Of a stretch of 64,000 bases of DNA, positions 62,504-64,000 are shown piece by piece. Numbering within the stretch: the stretch's first letter is position 1; each line of letters begins with the position of its first letter. The notes below the pieces were generated by a model. That model saw only the letters and a list, made by a program, of their open reading frames with translations. It was not told the DNA's origin and did not search any database. The position numbers were made by a program, and so were the translations under genes. The stretch lies in NCBI RefSeq assembly GCF_050304635.1, contig NZ_JBNLDX010000012.1. One strand, 5' to 3'. The DNA comes from Haliangium sp. (GTDB lineage Bacteria; Myxococcota_A; Polyangia; Haliangiales; Haliangiaceae).

Positions 62504-63898
62504 GTGTATGATGCAACCGGGATGGCATTCGAGAAAGCACCTCGTCTATTCCGCGACCCAGTACACTTGCAGCTTCGCTACGAGCGGGTCGAAGACGAAC
62601 GGCACATCCCTTCACCAGCATTCGGTGACAAGCGCTTCGGCTGGGTGATGCAGCGGCTTATCGACACCCCAGTCTTCCAGAGGCTACGGCACATCCGTCA
62701 GAACGGGTTGACCAATTTAGTGTTCCATGGCGCCGAGCACTCACGTTTCAGTCACTCGATGGGTGTGGCCTATCTGGCCGGCGAGATGTACGATCGCATC
62801 TGCCGCAACATGGGTGAAGAGCCCGATGACGAGACCCGGCTGGCGACATGTGCGGCAGGACTGCTGCACGACATCGGACACGGTCCCTTCTCGCATACTC
62901 TCGAGGAGGCTCTCGATGTTCTAGGGATCGAGTTCGCTCACGAAGCGATGACCTTGCGTATCATCAGAGAGTCGGTTGTCGCCGAGACTCTGGGCCATGT
63001 CGATCAGACCTTTCCCGAACGCGTCGCCGAGTATATTAGTAAGAAGGTAAAGAAACCACATTGGAGTCACAAATTAGTGTCGAGTCAGCTCGATGCAGAT
63101 CGGCTCGATTATCTGCTGCGCGATGCAGCGGCATGCGGACTTCGCGGCCATACTTACGATTTAGCTCGTCTTTTGGATATGCTGCGGCATGTGGATGGAC
63201 AATTGGTCGGTGTGGATCGCAAGGGGTTGGAAACCGTCGAGGGATATTTGGTCGCTTTGGATCAAATGTATCGAGCCATCTACTTCCATCACACCGTGCG
63301 GGCTGCGAGCGTGCTTCTGACCTCCGTCCTTCGTCGTGCCGTCATGCTGGCAAGCAATGGAGACAAAGATGTATTCTCAACGCGAGACCGACGTCATCCA
63401 TTGAAGCGATTTTTCGACACAGGTGGACAGTGCGACCTTGAGACATATTCCCACTTGGGCGAATTCCACGTCTGGGTCCTCGTTGACGAATGGAGAGGGC
63501 ACCCGGACCCGATCCTTTCAGATCTTTCTCGGCGACTCTACGAGCGCCGTCTACCAAAGACAATACAGTTACCGGCTAAGCCCAAGCAGTCATTAGAGCT
63601 GATAGCCAAAGCTCGTGATCTCACCTGTAAGCGCATCGCCCATGTTGATGCCACATTGGTTGACTTCTACGTCGCCGTAGATGAGGCCGAGCGAACCAGC
63701 TACAAGCTGTATGACTGGCGAGAGGAGGAAAAGCCGGACGAGTCTATCTACATCTGTGAACGTAACGGCAAGAGCTGGCCTATTCACGCTTATGGTGAGA
63801 GCAAGATTATTAATGCGCTGAAGGATACCCGCTACGTCTCACGGCTGATGTTCCCGTATGAGATTCGGGACGATATGCAAGCAGGAGCACTACGATGA
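62504..63898 (+). CDS. HD-domain phosphohydrolase of the dGTPase/SAMHD1-like (COG1078) dNTP triphosphohydrolase family
   Basis: GTG start with GGAGG Shine-Dalgarno. HSRFSHSMGVAYLA, AAGLLHDIGHGPFSH, QLDADRLDYLLRDAAACGL. About 52% GC vs ~70% host background. Confidence 0.8.
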   Translation: MYDATGMAFEKAPRLFRDPVHLQLRYERVEDERHIPSPAFGDKRFGWVMQRLIDTPVFQRLRHIRQNGLTNLVFHGAEHSRFSHSMGVAYLAGEMYDRICRNMGEEPDDETRLATCAAGLLHDIGHGPFSHTLEEALDVLGIEFAHEAMTLRIIRESVVAETLGHVDQTFPERVAEYISKKVKKPHWSHKLVSSQLDADRLDYLLRDAAACGLRGHTYDLARLLDMLRHVDGQLVGVDRKGLETVEGYLVALDQMYRAIYFHHTVRAASVLLTSVLRRAVMLASNGDKDVFSTRDRRHPLKRFFDTGGQCDLETYSHLGEFHVWVLVDEWRGHPDPILSDLSRRLYERRLPKTIQLPAKPKQSLELIAKARDLTCKRIAHVDATLVDFYVAVDEAERTSYKLYDWREEEKPDESIYICERNGKSWPIHAYGESKIINALKDTRYVSRLMFPYEIRDDMQAGALR

Positions 63899-64000
63899 GT
63901 ATGTCGAGAGCAATGACTACGACGCAGGGGCTGCTCGCGCTCATTGCAGCGAACGGTGGTTGTATCGAACAGCGCATCAAAATGCAGAAGGAAGCCTACA
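63896..64000 (+). CDS. Start of an uncharacterised gene translationally coupled to the HD phosphohydrolase (runs off window)
   Basis: ATG 63896 overlaps the TGA of the HD gene (ATGA), preceded by AGGAG at -8. Open frame MSMSRAMTTTQGLLALIAANGGCIEQRIKMQKEAY to the window end. Same low GC as the HD gene. Confidence 0.4.

Overview
High-GC (~70%) bacterial chromosomal segment. The gene content looks like Myxococcota: seven Ser/Thr-kinase-domain genes in 64 kb, large STAND/TPR sensor proteins, a secreted RCC1 propeller and lipoproteins. I call about 36 protein-coding genes and no rRNA, tRNA or CRISPR array. On a high-GC sequence most six-frame ORFs are antisense shadows; the real genes were picked by recognisable domain signatures.

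Genes in order:
- 1..3848 (-): M1 aminopeptidase lipoprotein, a membrane protein and a Gfo/Idh/MocA oxidoreductase, joined by ATGA stop/start overlaps.
- 3969..5051 (-): an atypical Ser/Thr kinase.
- 5245..5736: tsaE.
- 6036..10301: a SusC/RagA-like TonB-dependent receptor with its SusD-like lipoprotein.
- 10420..14864: a class-I aminotransferase, a membrane protein and a tandem DsbA-like thiol-disulfide oxidoreductase.
- 15346..20487: a 1713-aa sensor protein (pseudokinase, AAA/STAND ATPase, TPR, GAF, histidine kinase), followed by a PilZ protein.
- 21633..23530: a HEAT-repeat protein and TatD.
- 23545..28037 (-): a secreted RCC1-repeat lipoprotein co-transcribed with a Ser/Thr kinase.
- 28362..32510: a 1382-aa kinase with AAA and TPR.
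- 32576..37967 (-): a secreted PLC-like phosphodiesterase with a ricin-B lectin domain, then aminotransferase, amidohydrolase and a beta-lactamase-family serine hydrolase.
- 38038..40080: a second atypical kinase, paralogous to the one at 3969.
- 40169..41959 (-): a small membrane/TPR-like protein and a HAD-like lipoprotein.
- 42180..45857 (-): an EndoQ-like PHP/zinc-finger domain fused to a UvrD-family helicase.
- 46120..48102: a permuted aconitase-family Fe-S hydro-lyase.
- 48197..49345: a secreted esterase.
- 49424..57991: a large coiled-coil membrane P-loop ATPase overlapping an MscS channel, immediately followed by a TPR-tailed kinase.
- 58084..59283 (-): tryptophan 2,3-dioxygenase.
- 59429..61462: a major-vault-protein (MVP) homolog.

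Most unusual features:
- The bacterial MVP homolog, the eukaryotic vault shell protein.
- A 250-bp segmental duplication of the MVP 3' end lying in a degraded low-GC stretch (61493..62500).
- Directly after it, a ~52% GC island carrying a SAMHD1/dGTPase-like HD phosphohydrolase and an overlapping downstream ORF that runs off the window. This looks like a horizontally acquired module, possibly defence.
- The EndoQ-UvrD fusion, the ATPase-MscS operon, the pseudokinase-STAND-GAF-HK sensor, and a SusC/SusD pair outside Bacteroidota.
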